DNA of 59,337 bases, filler included, from Nemertoderma westbladi (lineage: Eukaryota; Animalia; Xenacoelomorpha), in assembly GCA_032718475.1 (NCBI GenBank). It is 3 parts of 3 records of this genome, joined end to end, with 100 filler letters (N's around TTAATTAATTAA, not from the genome) between each part and the next. Parts side by side here need not be neighbours in the genome. Positions count along the whole stretch, not along the records: positions 1 to 21,346 come from JAUCBJ010005342.1; 2 more parts are not named here. One strand, 5' to 3'. Position numbers and translations under genes: made by a program. Positions 1-11,290 of the stretch are shown piece by piece. Each line of letters starts with the position of its first letter. Positions within the stretch are counted from its first letter, which is position 1. Under the pieces are notes generated by a model, which made no database searches, had not been told where the DNA came from, and saw nothing but the letters and a program-made list of their open reading frames with translations.

Positions 1-1
1 T

Positions 2-3000
2 AACTTCGCGTCTCTCCGTTAATGATTTCTTTAGAAATTGATCACACCTATTCAAATAGTGGGTCCCGTCACACAGCGCACATTTTGGTTTGATGTTACT
101 TACCTTATTCTGAGTCACATTGTGTACACTTGCCCTTTCTTCGGGTTTTCTCACCTGAATTCTCTTGGGAGACGTGGGAGGAGTTTTTCTTACCTGTTCC
201 CTCCTGTCATTTGTTCGAGACTTAAATTTACTTACCTGATCTTTAGGCATTTTATTCACGTAATAAGATCTATCCGTGTCCTTCCCGCTATCTTCTCCTT
301 GAGAAGTCTGGCTTTCGCCGTCATCGGTATAACATACTGGTGTTATTTTTCTCCTAGAGACGGGTTTTTCACTTACCTTGTTTTCCGGTGTTTTCTCCCT
401 AGACTGTTTCAGGAGCTGTAATTTCACTTCTCCATCTAGGAATGACATGAGATCAGCCATGGTAGGGTCTCGCCGTTGTTGTTCCATCATATATAACACT
501 TTCTTATCCCAGCGTGTACCTACTCCACCTTTAGGTAAAGTAGAAGCCACTGCTCTAATAACCATAGTGTTCTGATACTCATGAGACTTACCTAGCCAGT
601 CTAATTGTCTGCAGATCTCCTGGATCTCATCGGAAAACTCGATAATTCCGCTACTAATAAACTTTCGGGGCGCTACTAACTTGGCATACAAGTACCCAGC
701 GATATTATTCCTATTACCATACCTGATGTTTAGTGTATCCCAAACTTGTCTTAATCCGTCTGGATGTCCAATAAACTTTAACGCCATTAACTTGGGAGAT
801 CCTTCCAAGCACTCGATGAGGTATCTAAGTTTTTCTCCATTAGATAGTACAGAGTTCTGTATGTTATCTTTGTAATATTCATTAAAAGGTAACCATTTCA
901 TCTCATCTCCATTGAACTTGACGATCTCTCCAACCTTTACCGCTTGCCGGGCTTCGGTTCTAGCCATTTGACGCGTAAAACTTTCTTGGGCCATCGTGCT
1001 ATTTAATATCGAGTTATCGGTATATAAATTTCTCGGATTATGATCAGTTCTATAGGGAATATCATTATCAACAGGTCTATAATTACCCTTAATAGGGTTC
1101 ACTATAGGAGTTTCTACTTCGCTAGCAGTATATATGCGTGTAGGCTCCACACCTTGCGCATGCAATACTTCAGACCTAACAGGTTGACACATTGTTACAG
1201 AGGGTGGTGGTATACCCTTTTGGGTATTTACTAATTTATCGCGTTCAAGCGCGATACTTTGCTGCACTTCTTGCAACTCTAGCCTACTTTCCCTTACTGT
1301 GCCCTTGAATTGCTGGACAGTCTCCTGCATCTGCCCGAGCAGGATATCCATCCCCCGCCGTCTCTCGTCCACCCATTCGACCGCCGAAGCGGGAGTCGCC
1401 AACGTTGTAGCGGGCGGACGAGGGACAACGGGCGACAAATTGTGAATATTTCGCTCGGGGTCCAGGACCTGAACTGTCTCTTGGGCAGTTCTGCGGGGCA
1501 CAGGTAGCTTAGTGCTATGCAGAGGGAATTTAGAGGTAGTTTCAGGGAGCACATGTGTGTCTATCACCGAAGGGGTGATTTCAAGAACAGGCCTAATTAT
1601 TTCAGGCTCATCTACTATAGTAGGGAGTCTTTCTATTTTAATTATTTGGTCTGTGGGCTCTGTACTACCTAAGTTAGTGTTATTTAGTTGCCTTCTAACA
1701 GCTGGAGGCAAATCAGGCAATTTCTGACGGTGGAATGTTCTTTTACGTCTGCTTAGACGAGATCTATTTCCTTTGCCTTCATTATCGGTGGTATCGCCTT
1801 CCTCAGATGATGTATATCCCTGTCTTTTGGGAGTAGATCGATTCATCATCTGCATATTACTAGCTGTTAACTGTTTGTTTATGCAGTCTTGATTCTCCTG
1901 AATGTTTTCCAATTCCAATTGGGTGGTTTCTTCAGTCGCTCTCCGTTCGGCTTCTGCCACTGCCTCCGCCGCTTTTCTTTCCGCTTCGGCCGCCGCCTCT
2001 GCTGCCGCTACTGCTGCTTTTGTCTCTGCCGCTGCCGCTTTTGTTTCTGCTTCGGCCGCTGCCTTTGCTGCTGCTACTGCCGCTTTTGCCTCTGCCGCTG
2101 CCACTGCCGCTGCCGCTTTTGTTTCTGCTTCTGCAGCTGCCACTGCTGCCGCTACTGCCGCTGCCTTTCTGTCTTCTATACGTTTTTTCTTTACTTGTTC
2201 TTCCTGGACTCGTGTGATGCGGAGTTGTTCATCGAATTTAGCCTGATTCGCAGCCCTCATTTCCACATCGATGGCATCCAACACAAGCTGAGTTCCTTCG
2301 CTATTAGGGCTAAGTCCATCTAACCTTCTCCTCAACTCGTCATCACCTAAAAAACGCTGATAGTCTGACAGATAGATGTCAATGGCATCTCTCTTATGTG
2401 GTTTCTCTGCCGTCGCTTCACTTTCCACTTGGGAAAAAGTGGCGTCCGTCGATTCTCCATGAGTTGAGCGCTCCTCCAACTGAGCTTTCCACTGAGCTGC
2501 TCCTTGAACCTGGCGACTCACCCGTTGAAACCAAGTCTTTACGGCAACTTGCAACGACGTGTCTTGTTTTCTTTTAGAAGCCTCCTCAAAGGCGGATAAG
2601 ATTAGCCTAATCCGCAAAACTCTTTCTCTAACTTGATAAAGCAGCGATCCCTGCTCTTGAGGTCCTTGAGGTTGTTGAAACAGTTGTCTCTCTACTCGCT
2701 CCATAGAGCTGAAGAATCCCTGGGCGTATCCGGCTGCGGACCTCTTCCATACAGCTGGATCGATGGTTTCCTTGGCTACTCCCATCCGGTGTATGTCTTC
2801 CCAGGCAGCTTCTGATAAATCAAACGGGAGTCCGGGTCCGGGGAAGTTCCATTGCGACTCGACAATAGACTTCAGTTCTTCACTCGTGTATCCCGCGTAG
2901 CTATCTCTAGTTGACCGTTGACTTCTCGCCCAATCGATCTGGTGTTCTTCCACCGCGATCAATAACCCAGCGAGCACGGCTGCAGGAAGGATGAGAAGGG

Positions 3001-3340
3001 GATCCGTATAAACCGCATCCGTCATCTCTGCTCCGCTCTCGGGTGTCAGCTCTACAGTATCCTCACTACTGGAGCTGCTGGGCCGCTGAGGAATAAGTTC
3101 TTGACTAGCGGGTTGTTGCTGTTCCGCTGCCTTTTGGTCCCGCTTGACCTGAGCTCGAGTGCCTATGATAGACCTACGATGTTGGACCAGCCTAGGTTCT
3201 GTTATTACTACTGGAGGGATGACCTTCCTCACAGTGGGAGGTGAACTGGATTTACGACCAGACGTTTGTACGTCTCTATCTGAGTCGCAGATAGTTACAT
3301 CTAATAAACTGTCTGACAGGTTCTGCTTAGTATCAGACAT
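2..3340 (-). CDS. gag: BEL/Pao LTR retrotransposon Gag(-Pol) polyprotein, N-terminal part, running off the window edge
   Basis: ATG at 3340 (MSDTKQNLSD...). Manual translation gives a DUF1759-like capsid region (IVKFNGDEMKWLPFNEYY...EKLRYLIECLEG...WDTLNIRYGN, ~930-700) and a BEL-type knuckle CALCDGTHYLNRC (82-44); the knuckle is in frame with the ATG. The ORF track lists no stop-terminated ORF in this frame, consistent with it staying open to the edge. Confidence 0.88.
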   Translation of the reverse strand, partial: MSDTKQNLSDSLLDVTICDSDRDVQTSGRKSSSPPTVRKVIPPVVITEPRLVQHRRSIIGTRAQVKRDQKAAEQQQPASQELIPQRPSSSSSEDTVELTPESGAEMTDAVYTDPLLILPAAVLAGLLIAVEEHQIDWARSQRSTRDSYAGYTSEELKSIVESQWNFPGPGLPFDLSEAAWEDIHRMGVAKETIDPAVWKRSAAGYAQGFFSSMERVERQLFQQPQGPQEQGSLLYQVRERVLRIRLILSAFEEASKRKQDTSLQVAVKTWFQRVSRQVQGAAQWKAQLEERSTHGESTDATFSQVESEATAEKPHKRDAIDIYLSDYQRFLGDDELRRRLDGLSPNSEGTQLVLDAIDVEMRAANQAKFDEQLRITRVQEEQVKKKRIEDRKAAAVAAAVAAAEAETKAAAAVAAAEAKAAVAAAKAAAEAETKAAAAETKAAVAAAEAAAEAERKAAEAVAEAERRATEETTQLELENIQENQDCINKQLTASNMQMMNRSTPKRQGYTSSEEGDTTDNEGKGNRSRLSRRKRTFHRQKLPDLPPAVRRQLNNTNLGSTEPTDQIIKIERLPTIVDEPEIIRPVLEITPSVIDTHVLPETTSKFPLHSTKLPVPRRTAQETVQVLDPERNIHNLSPVVPRPPATTLATPASAVEWVDERRRGMDILLGQMQETVQQFKGTVRESRLELQEVQQSIALERDKLVNTQKGIPPPSVTMCQPVRSEVLHAQGVEPTRIYTASEVETPIVNPIKGNYRPVDNDIPYRTDHNPRNLYTDNSILNSTMAQESFTRQMARTEARQAVKVGEIVKFNGDEMKWLPFNEYYKDNIQNSVLSNGEKLRYLIECLEGSPKLMALKFIGHPDGLRQVWDTLNIRYGNRNNIAGYLYAKLVAPRKFISSGIIEFSDEIQEICRQLDWLGKSHEYQNTMVIRAVASTLPKGGVGTRWDKKVLYMMEQQRRDPTMADLMSFLDGEVKLQLLKQSREKTPENKVSEKPVSRRKITPVCYTDDGESQTSQGEDSGKDTDRSYYVNKMPKDQVSKFKSRTNDRREQVRKTPPTSPKRIQVRKPEERASVHNVTQNKVSNIKPKCALCDGTHYLNRCDQFLKKSLTERREV
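1950..2170 (-). repeat. GCN-rich low-complexity repeat encoding an Ala/Glu/Lys helical segment in Gag
   Basis: Imperfect repeats translating on the minus strand to KAAAVAAAVAAAEAETKAAAAVAAAEAKAA...EAERKAAEA. Confidence 0.8.
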
Positions 3341-4659
3341 GACTATGTATACCGTTGAATGTCTACTGCTGTATTACAGTCTGAGTAAGTCTAATAACTC
3401 AGTATTAACTGCTAGCCTAGTAATTAATTACCGGTACTGCTACTCAGTGTAGCGTGATATATAATATATTAGAATACCGGTATGCTTATAGTATATATAA
3501 CTATTATTACAGACTAGGTTTATCACAGAATACCGGTATAATTTTAGCACAAATATATATAAATATATAATAGGCCTATCGGAATACCGGTATACAGCTT
3601 ACAGTTTGTAGTATATATAATTCTAGAATAGAATTAATTACAAGTACCGGTATAATTTCAGCCTAGATTTATAGAAATAAGATAATAGGCCTATCGTAAA
3701 TACCGGTATATCAATTATTTTAGAATAATTGAATTTCTGAACTTTAAGGGTTACTTTGTTACTTTACTTACTTTATTACCGTTATTTGAGCAGTAGTCCA
3801 ACTGATATTGAGACCTAATGGTTGTATGGTAGGCCTACGATTTATAAATCGTTAGATTTGATTTATAATATATATATACCCGTTTTAGTGGGTTTTGTCA
3901 ATGTTTGAAATAAATGTTATTATTTCTGGGGAGTAATCACTACACAAAGCGGTGCGCTTTCAATGAAGTGTTACTTATAAGACACTAAAACAAATAATTC
4001 TAATTTACCTAAGTTACTTAATACTACAAATTACGTACAATTCGGGTGAGATTACAATCTCTAAATAAACACAAAAATTTACAAAAAACACAAAATACGA
4101 ATTTTTTAGGGTAATTTTACAAGAAGTCTACAAACCAGCCTAACAAAGGGTTAGAAAACTGGTTATTACACGGACAGGGTACTACGGTGTTTTGAAATAA
4201 TAAGTAGTAGTAAATACACTGCGTTGTCTAGATAGGAAAATACCACCGCCTGACGACCTATAGCCGTATCGCTATAGGTTCTACGTTATGTATCACGGAG
4301 TGTTCCTACCTAGAAGTTAATAGAGCTAATCGAATGTGCCTATCAACCACTTTACAACACAGATATAATGTCTACAATAATTACTTCGGAAAGTACTGTA
4401 CACTAAACCCTAAATTAGGTACGAGTACTTGTACAACAGATAATCAGTAGTTAAATATACTTGAACAGCTAAAAGAACCACGGCATCTGCTGGAGTGACC
4501 GATGCACAAAATCACCAGTTTTTACCTACGCCGAGCAGCCCGTGTAGTACCGGGGTTAATTTAACTATAGCGGTATGTATAACAAACACAATTACTGTAG
4601 GAACAAACTTAGGGAATGAATGTTGCGGATAATCGCATAAACTCTGAATAATAAATATT

Positions 4660-5223
4660 ACGCTACGCGTACAAACTACTCAAACAAAATACAGACCGAA
4701 CACTGACAGACTACTATCAAGCCTAAACAAACTACGGTATATGCAGACTCCGAAATGATTAGGGAGTATGCGCTCTAACCCAGTAGTGCGACTTATTCTT
4801 TAGTTGGGGGTTTACCTTACAGCGTTCGCTGCCCCTACTGCCTAACCGTACTTAATCGGACAGATGATCTACACACGCGGCAATCCGTTCAGACCTAATA
4901 ACAGCCAGACAACTATCCAGCCTACAAATTATCTAAATAAAATTATACGCTACCCGTACAGACTTACACAAACAAAGTACAGACTAAACGATGGCAGAAT
5001 ACTCTCAAGCCTAAATAAACTACAGGACATGCAGACTCCGAAATGATTAGGGAGTATGCGCTCTAACCCAGTAGTGCGACTTATTCTTTAGTTGGGGGTT
5101 TACCTCACTGCGTTCGCTGCCCCTACTTCCTAATCGTACTTAATCGGACAGGTGATCTACACACACTGCAATCCGTTCGGACTTAACAGCAATCAGACAA
5201 CAGCTCAGCCTACAAATTGTCTG
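4660..5223. repeat. Two tandem ~288-bp units in the BEL element 5' leader
   Basis: ATGCAGACTCCGAAATGATTAGGGAG... occurs at 4741 and 5029. A ~77-nt core is identical and the flanks are diverged. Confidence 0.9.
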
Positions 5224-5488
5224 TACAATCTGATCAGGTTTACACGCCTTCTGTTCAATACTGGCCTACAAACAAATAAAACTGACAGAAATAGGCCTAA
5301 GTAAAATCCCAATAAAAACCAGGCGTCCCCGATTAATTATTAAGACCTACCGGCATATATAATCAAATCGAATAATACTGCTGTACTTATACGGAAGTAG
5401 GTACCGGTCCGGATGATCAGGCAGTCAGGCCTACTGGTTACCGGTCGACCGGTACTTTCGACTTTATTGCTTACTGCAATAAAGAAGC

Positions 5489-5500
5489 TATATCCTTTAA
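5489..5500 (-). promoter_or_regulatory. Non-tRNA primer-binding-site position (TTAAAGGATATA) directly after the 5' LTR
   Basis: It abuts the LTR end ...GCGCGAACA, has no TGG start, and is an exact reverse complement of 6241-6252 inside the LTR. Confidence 0.55.
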
Positions 5501-6641
5501 TGTTCGCGCTTTCAGACCTTTGGCAGTTTAACCCGCCAAATTAAGATGTCTTCTAGATATTAAATCGCTTTTTAGCCTATGACAAGTATTTGATTCACTA
5601 CACTAGTCGAAACCAATCCGTGCGCGACCATTCACCCGCTGGATATTCCCGGGAGATTGGGTTCGACGGTTTAATTTTATTGCTATGTAAGCTTAATGTA
5701 TTATTCGACTGACAGTATTATATAATCTCTGACAATATTATTCACCTTCGGTAATATTAACAGTTCCTTTAGGACGTGGCGCTTTATCTATATAAACAGA
5801 GTTATGACTTAAACTACTCACAACGATATGGCTTAATTATAATTCACATATATGGCGCATTCTTTAGGAATGCTTCTTTAACAGACTCACTCATACACAA
5901 TGCTGCACAATACTGCACACTAATCTGCCAATCTTCACTGATTTTAATCACATATAAAAGGAACACAGACTGACTCATGTAGGGTCTATCAAATAACATT
6001 AGATTCACTTCAAACCACTTTAACATAAGTCACAATCGTTTATCTGTAACCCTTCTCTCTTACCTTCGGTATATCAAGAATATTGGGTTTCGGGGTTATT
6101 TATCGTTATTCCAAATATAATAATTCATCAACCATATTATAAAGAACTGACGGTAAATAGCAGTATAAAACAACAATGAAAACACTGATTGTTATGAGTT
6201 TGCAATGTTTCAGCAGTCAGTATGTATGATCAGTTAGCAGTTAAAGGATATATGTCCTTGTAATTAAACCTACTAGTGTAAGACTAAAAAACAGTAAAGC
6301 ACAAAATACTTCCAAGCCGTTCTTTCTTTGGCTCAGGACTGAATGTAAACACTGCACATAGGCATTGCGTCATTTCTCGGAAATTTTCTGTACAAGGAGC
6401 CACAAAAACGCTCTAATTGGCTGACTGAACTGAGAGACGCCGTAGAACAAAGGAAATCAACATGTATGAATGTCAGCTGTTAACCGTAGTCATAGTAACT
6501 ACTGTTCAAGAGTAGCTATCACCCCTTTGCGTCACGAATTGCCATAGAATCATAAAATATGCCTTTCACAGTACACATACGGAGGAAATAGGTCTTAGAT
6601 CCTCTAAAAACACCGATACAGCAATAATACGGTCTCTTACA
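5501..6641 (-). mobile_element. Putative 5' LTR of the BEL/Pao element (TGTAAG...CGAACA)
   Basis: The 3' end is fixed by homology with the inverted copy at 42104-42552, which breaks off within ~2 nt after GCGCGAACA. The 5' end is inferred only from TGT at 6641 next to unrelated repeats and is less certain. Confidence 0.62.
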
Positions 6642-6739
6642 CTTATTAAATCAACTACAGAGTATTTTAATGTAAAAGATAATAAAAATAACGGGGCAAT
6701 TCAGCAAAGGCTTTTACAGATACTATCTACTGAAAAATT

Positions 6740-7400
6740 TACTCATTTTACAAAATTTGGTGCTGGCACAACAATTTTCACCCACCAGCGAAAAATACTA
6801 GTTTGAAAACTCTTATGAAATTTTTACTGATTCCATTGAATTCAGAACCCTAAGAAACCCGTATAACGCAAGAAACAAGATGACACAATCAATTGATATA
6901 TTTGATGGTTTTCAAAATTTGGTGCTATTACCACATTTTGCACCCACTTCCGAAAAAAACATGTTTGAGATGTCTAGTTCGATAATTATATATTCCATTG
7001 AATTCAGAACAGCCATAAACCTCTAAAATGCAAGAAATAAATTGTCACAAGCAATTTTATATATTGAATGGTATTTCAAAATTTCGTGCTAGCACCAAAA
7101 TTTGCACACAGCACCGAAAAATACAAGTTTGATACGCTTGGTGGAACTCGTATATATTTCATCGAAACCAGAGCCCCAAAAAACCCCAATTGCGTAAAAA
7201 GCAAGTTTCAAACAATCAATTTACAAAATTTACATATTTCAAAATTTGGTGCTGGCACCAAAATTTAGCACGCGCCGAAAAAAACAAGTTTGAAATTTCT
7301 AAATCAATTTATATGAATTCCATCCAATTGCTAACACCAAAAAACCGGTGTAAATCAAAAATAGAGATGTTACAATTAATATTTTAATGAAATGTAATTT
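6740..7400 (+). repeat. DNA-transposon-like arm made of four ~163-bp diverged units
   Basis: AAAATTTGGTGCT-like motif at ~6752, 6915, 7078 and 7241; an inverted homolog lies at ~9590-10078. Confidence 0.7.
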
Positions 7401-7590
7401 TCAAAAAATGTCTCAAAAAAAGTGCCAAAAGTAGGGTTAAAAAATTGTTATATAACTCGAAAACTACCCAATATTTTTGAAAACGGTTTTCACTACTATG
7501 AAGACAATATATTTTTAGGAAAAGTCATAAAATTTCAGATTCCCAACTGCTTTTGTTTCAGAATTATAATAAAAAAACCACTAGGGAAAC

Positions 7591-7750
7591 CCATCTGACC
7601 ACTGCGCCAATAGAGTCACTACTGGTGAACTAATATCTACTAATAGGAAATAGGCATATTACATTACTACAAATCAATTCAAAATTACGTCGGATTTAGA
7701 ATTTTTTTTACGTTGTACTGTAAATTACTACTTAACAGTGAAATAATCCA
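7591..7750 (-). repeat. Truncated copy of the tRNA-like-head repeat also seen at 41891-42100
   Basis: CCATCTGACCACTRCGCCA and ATAGGCATATTACATTACT...TACGTCGGATTT are shared with 41941-42100. Confidence 0.7.
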
Positions 7751-7851
7751 ACATTTAGAAATGATTATTTATTACAGTTTATTAATATTTTTCTTGACCA
7801 AATTGCTCTTTTTATTGTTTTTATTTAATTACTGTTAATAATGGTTTTCGG

Positions 7852-8110
7852 ATTTGGTTGACGGTTGTCGGATGTCGGTTGCCGGCTGTCTGTTGTTGGC
7901 TGTCGGTTGCCAGCTGTCGGTTTGGTTGTCGGTTGTTGGTTGTCGACCTTCGGTAGTCTGCTGTCGGTTGTCGGCTGTCGGTTGTCAGTTGTCGGCTGTC
8001 GGTTGTCGGCTATCGGTTGTCGGATATCGGCTGTTGGCTGTCGGTTGTCGGCGTAACGTTTACACCCCACTGTGCGTCAGTTACGGCTGTCGGCAATTAA
8101 ATTACAGACC
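7852..8110 (-). repeat. 7-bp minisatellite (TGTCGGY)n, probably the subterminal array of a foldback-type DNA transposon end
   Basis: Degenerate TGTCGGT/TGTCGGC units span ~7852-8052 and are followed by a short unique tail ending ...ATTACAGACC. Confidence 0.7.
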
Positions 8111-9589
8111 TAGCTACTGCCCTCCTAAGGCAAAACCATTTAGTTTTGACAAAATTTAACCTAAAGTTAACGGATCTGCACGAAAAAATGTGATTGTCTC
8201 TGTGTGAACATATTCAACACTAAAGGTAAGTGAAATAGCATACTTACCTCGAAAGTCTTAAGAGCTCCAAACTTTAGCTAGCTATTTAAAAAATGTATTT
8301 AATTTGTTTTTCGAGTTACATGGATTTACCTTATAAATTCGAACCAGTGCCTTATATTTACTTATTTTACATCATGCAACTTATATAAATTTCCACAGCT
8401 GTTCCTAAACCAAAACAATGTAACTCGCATGGGATACATGGTGTACGCTTATAGTTATATGGGGTGTCATTATCACATTAGGGTTACATGGTTCTGCCTT
8501 ATTATGCCATAACAAATTCATATAAGGCAGTTTTACATTCTACCCCCATTTTATCCTCCTGTTTATAGTTTAGGTGCACTCTATAAGTTCTATAACCAGA
8601 TAAAGCTCGCTGTAAGCATTAAAATTATACCAATATCTCATTTTCGTCAAAATTCACGCAACATGGCTTCGCCTGCGAAGGCCGTTTCGGCCATTCGGAG
8701 GACGGCAGCCTACTCAACTGCATCCAGAACATTTTTAGTGCGTTATCGGTAATACATTCAACGTATGGATGGACATCAGATGAAAAGCAATATAACACCA
8801 GCTGACGGTAATATTTAGCTCAACATATATTTTATTAAGTATTAAAGGCTATTATATAGCTCCTCGGAGTTTGTTAGGGCAGTAACTACACAGTAGAATC
8901 GACCAAAGTCACAGATTGCAGCCTCATATAATACAATTTACGATTATTACGGTTAACATTTACTGTAAGAATAATATCTGACTACTAACGGCAATAACGG
9001 CTCTAATGAAATCAATAAAATTTCTAGAGTGGGTGGTGAGAATCGCGGTGATTCTCAGGTATATTCTCGGACGTATGTCCTTATCAAAAGCGATAATAGT
9101 TGAAAATTATTGAATGAAAAAAACTATAAAGACGCCACCATATGCGCAATGATAGAAAATCGGATGGTGGGCAATGAACAATTGGAAAAGTATCACTTGG
9201 TTAACGGTCAAAATAAGAATACAACGTGATTCATATGCGGTCATTCTAAGTATATTGACTATAAATATTTTATTTAGACAGAGAACAATTGACAGGCAAC
9301 ATATACAGACAGACATATTAATATGTTGCTCATAACTTTGTGTTTGTTCTGAGGATCAGTACTTGGATCTGACTTGAGTCTACTAACGTATAACCAAGAT
9401 CCGGTGAGTCGTCTGGTATATATAGACATACACCAGTACCCTGAATGGTCTGATGTGAGTAGGAGACGGTTTCCATGACTTTTTTTCACTAGGCGTTTTT
9501 TGGGATTTTTACGTTTATGTTTCTTCGGGGGTTTATCATCGTACTTGTCGCCACCCGAGTCACCAGTTCCGCTGGGTGGTATCTTTGAA

Positions 9590-10078
9590 TATTTCATTTC
9601 ATGAAATATGACTGTAACACCTCTATTTTTGATTTGCACCGGTTTTTTGTTGCTTGCAATTAGATTGAATTGATATAAATTAATTTAGAAATTGCAAACT
9701 TGTTTGTTTTGGCGGGTCCCAAATTTTGGCGCCAGCACCAAAATTTTGAAATATTTTTGAAATATTTGAGTATTTTGAAATATGTCAATTTTGTAAATTG
9801 ATTGTTTGAACCCTTTTTTTGCGCAATAGGTATTATTTGGGGTTCTGGTTTCGATAGAATATATTCTGTCGAGTTTCACCGAGGTCAACGAGTTGCACCA
9901 GGCGTATCAAACTTGTATTTTTCGGTGCTGTGTGCAAAATTTGGAGCCAGCACGAAATTTTGAAAATCTATTCAATAGTTCAATTGCTTGTTGTGACAAC
10001 TTATTTCCCACGTTTTAGAGGTTTATGACGGTTCTGAATTGAATAAAATAAATAATCATCTAACTAGACATCTCAAAC
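9590..10078 (-). repeat. Inverted copy of the 6960-7400 arm
   Basis: For example, 9888-9975 is the imperfect reverse complement of 7062-7150. Confidence 0.75.
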
Positions 10079-10599
10079 CTTTAAAAAATCACCCCACGTG
10101 CAGGTGTGGCTGGAAAATTCATTAAAGTGATATCCTTATAAATATAATTGTGTAAAATTTTCTCGGCTCACTTCGCTCGCCAATTAATTATAACAACTGT
10201 CTCAAAGCTGCAAAAGCATGCAAAGTGATATATCAGGCTTTCAGGTGTATACAGGCAAAGCACAGAAGGGAGAACTCCAGGAAGCGAAGGACAGTTCGAG
10301 CCCAGGTTGGAATTTATGTAGAGTTTGCTCAACATGTGTGGCGCGCATTACGGATCCTGGCGCGGAGCAGGGTCGTGTGGCGGGTGGCGCGCATATGGCA
10401 GTATGGACAGATGTATGTCTGTCATGTAACAGTAGCAATGCACTGGCAACATATCCACTCTACTTGAAATTATATCAGTGTTTAAAAAGAGTTAAAAAAA
10501 TTTATCTCACTTCGCTCGCTTACGTAGTTATCCTACTGTCCTACTCATATCCATTATTTCGATTTCCCTATTAGGCTACTGTATCTGTTTATTAACCTA

Positions 10600-11290
10600 C
10601 AGTACAGGCCACCAGAAAAAGCAGATTTCATCCAATGTGATCACATGTGAACACATTTGTTCAAGTCATCTGATTGGCAGGTCATGGCGAGTTATCTAGC
10701 TAACTTGCTGGGACCGACAAAGGCTTAGTGTGCGGTGCGCCTGTATGTCTGATATCAGGTAGATGAGAGAGCCCACAGGACGTAACATTGCGGACATGGG
10801 CTGTATTGGTAGAGAGAGAACTACATACAAGACCACATGGAGGTTCATGGAGTGTATGAGAGTGGATGGGTATATGGATGGACGAGCCTAGACCATTGAA
10901 TAATTAATTTAGTGCAGGGAGATGTCGCGCCATTAGTCTGACACCGAGAGGGCACAGAGAAACACCAGAAGATGGCTTAACATCTCTAACTATAGGCCTG
11001 CCTACTAGACACTATTAACCGCACACTATAAAGGTAAACAAAATCCTTATCGCATTTCCAGCTGCGCAGTGAGTGACAGTTCGCGGCAAACTACAGAGAG
11101 TTTCCAGATTACTAAGCGTTTCAAAAGTATTCAATTGTATCCTTTGGCGAAAAAATTTTGGTTGTTGCCAATTCAATTATGTTCAATTATGTTCAATTGT
11201 CCCGTTCAACAACATTACATTACACTGGTACACATTTGATAAAATGTGTTCACAATTGTACAAATCTGCGTTTTCTGGTGGCCTGTACTG
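10600..11290. mobile_element. MITE with ~30-bp TIRs and a TA target duplication (Tc1/mariner-pogo type)
   Basis: TA|CAGTACAGGCCACCAGAAAAAGCAGATTT ... AAATCTGCGTTTTCTGGTGGCCTGTACTG|TA, with 1 mismatch. Confidence 0.75.

Noticed and set aside
1889-2323. Plus-strand Cys/Arg-, Ala- and Leu/Pro-rich ORFs
   Set aside because: Antisense shadows of the Gag low-complexity repeat.
4741-5200. Possible hammerhead ribozyme in the tandem leader units
   Set aside because: I found no CUGANGA...GAAA core with the required stems on either strand.
7825-8159. ORFs with RQPT/VGCRLS repeats
   Set aside because: Translations of a stop-free 7-bp minisatellite.
10227-10262. piggyBac-like peptide DISGFQVYTGK
   Set aside because: Only about 11 residues with no flanking transposase motifs, too short to call.
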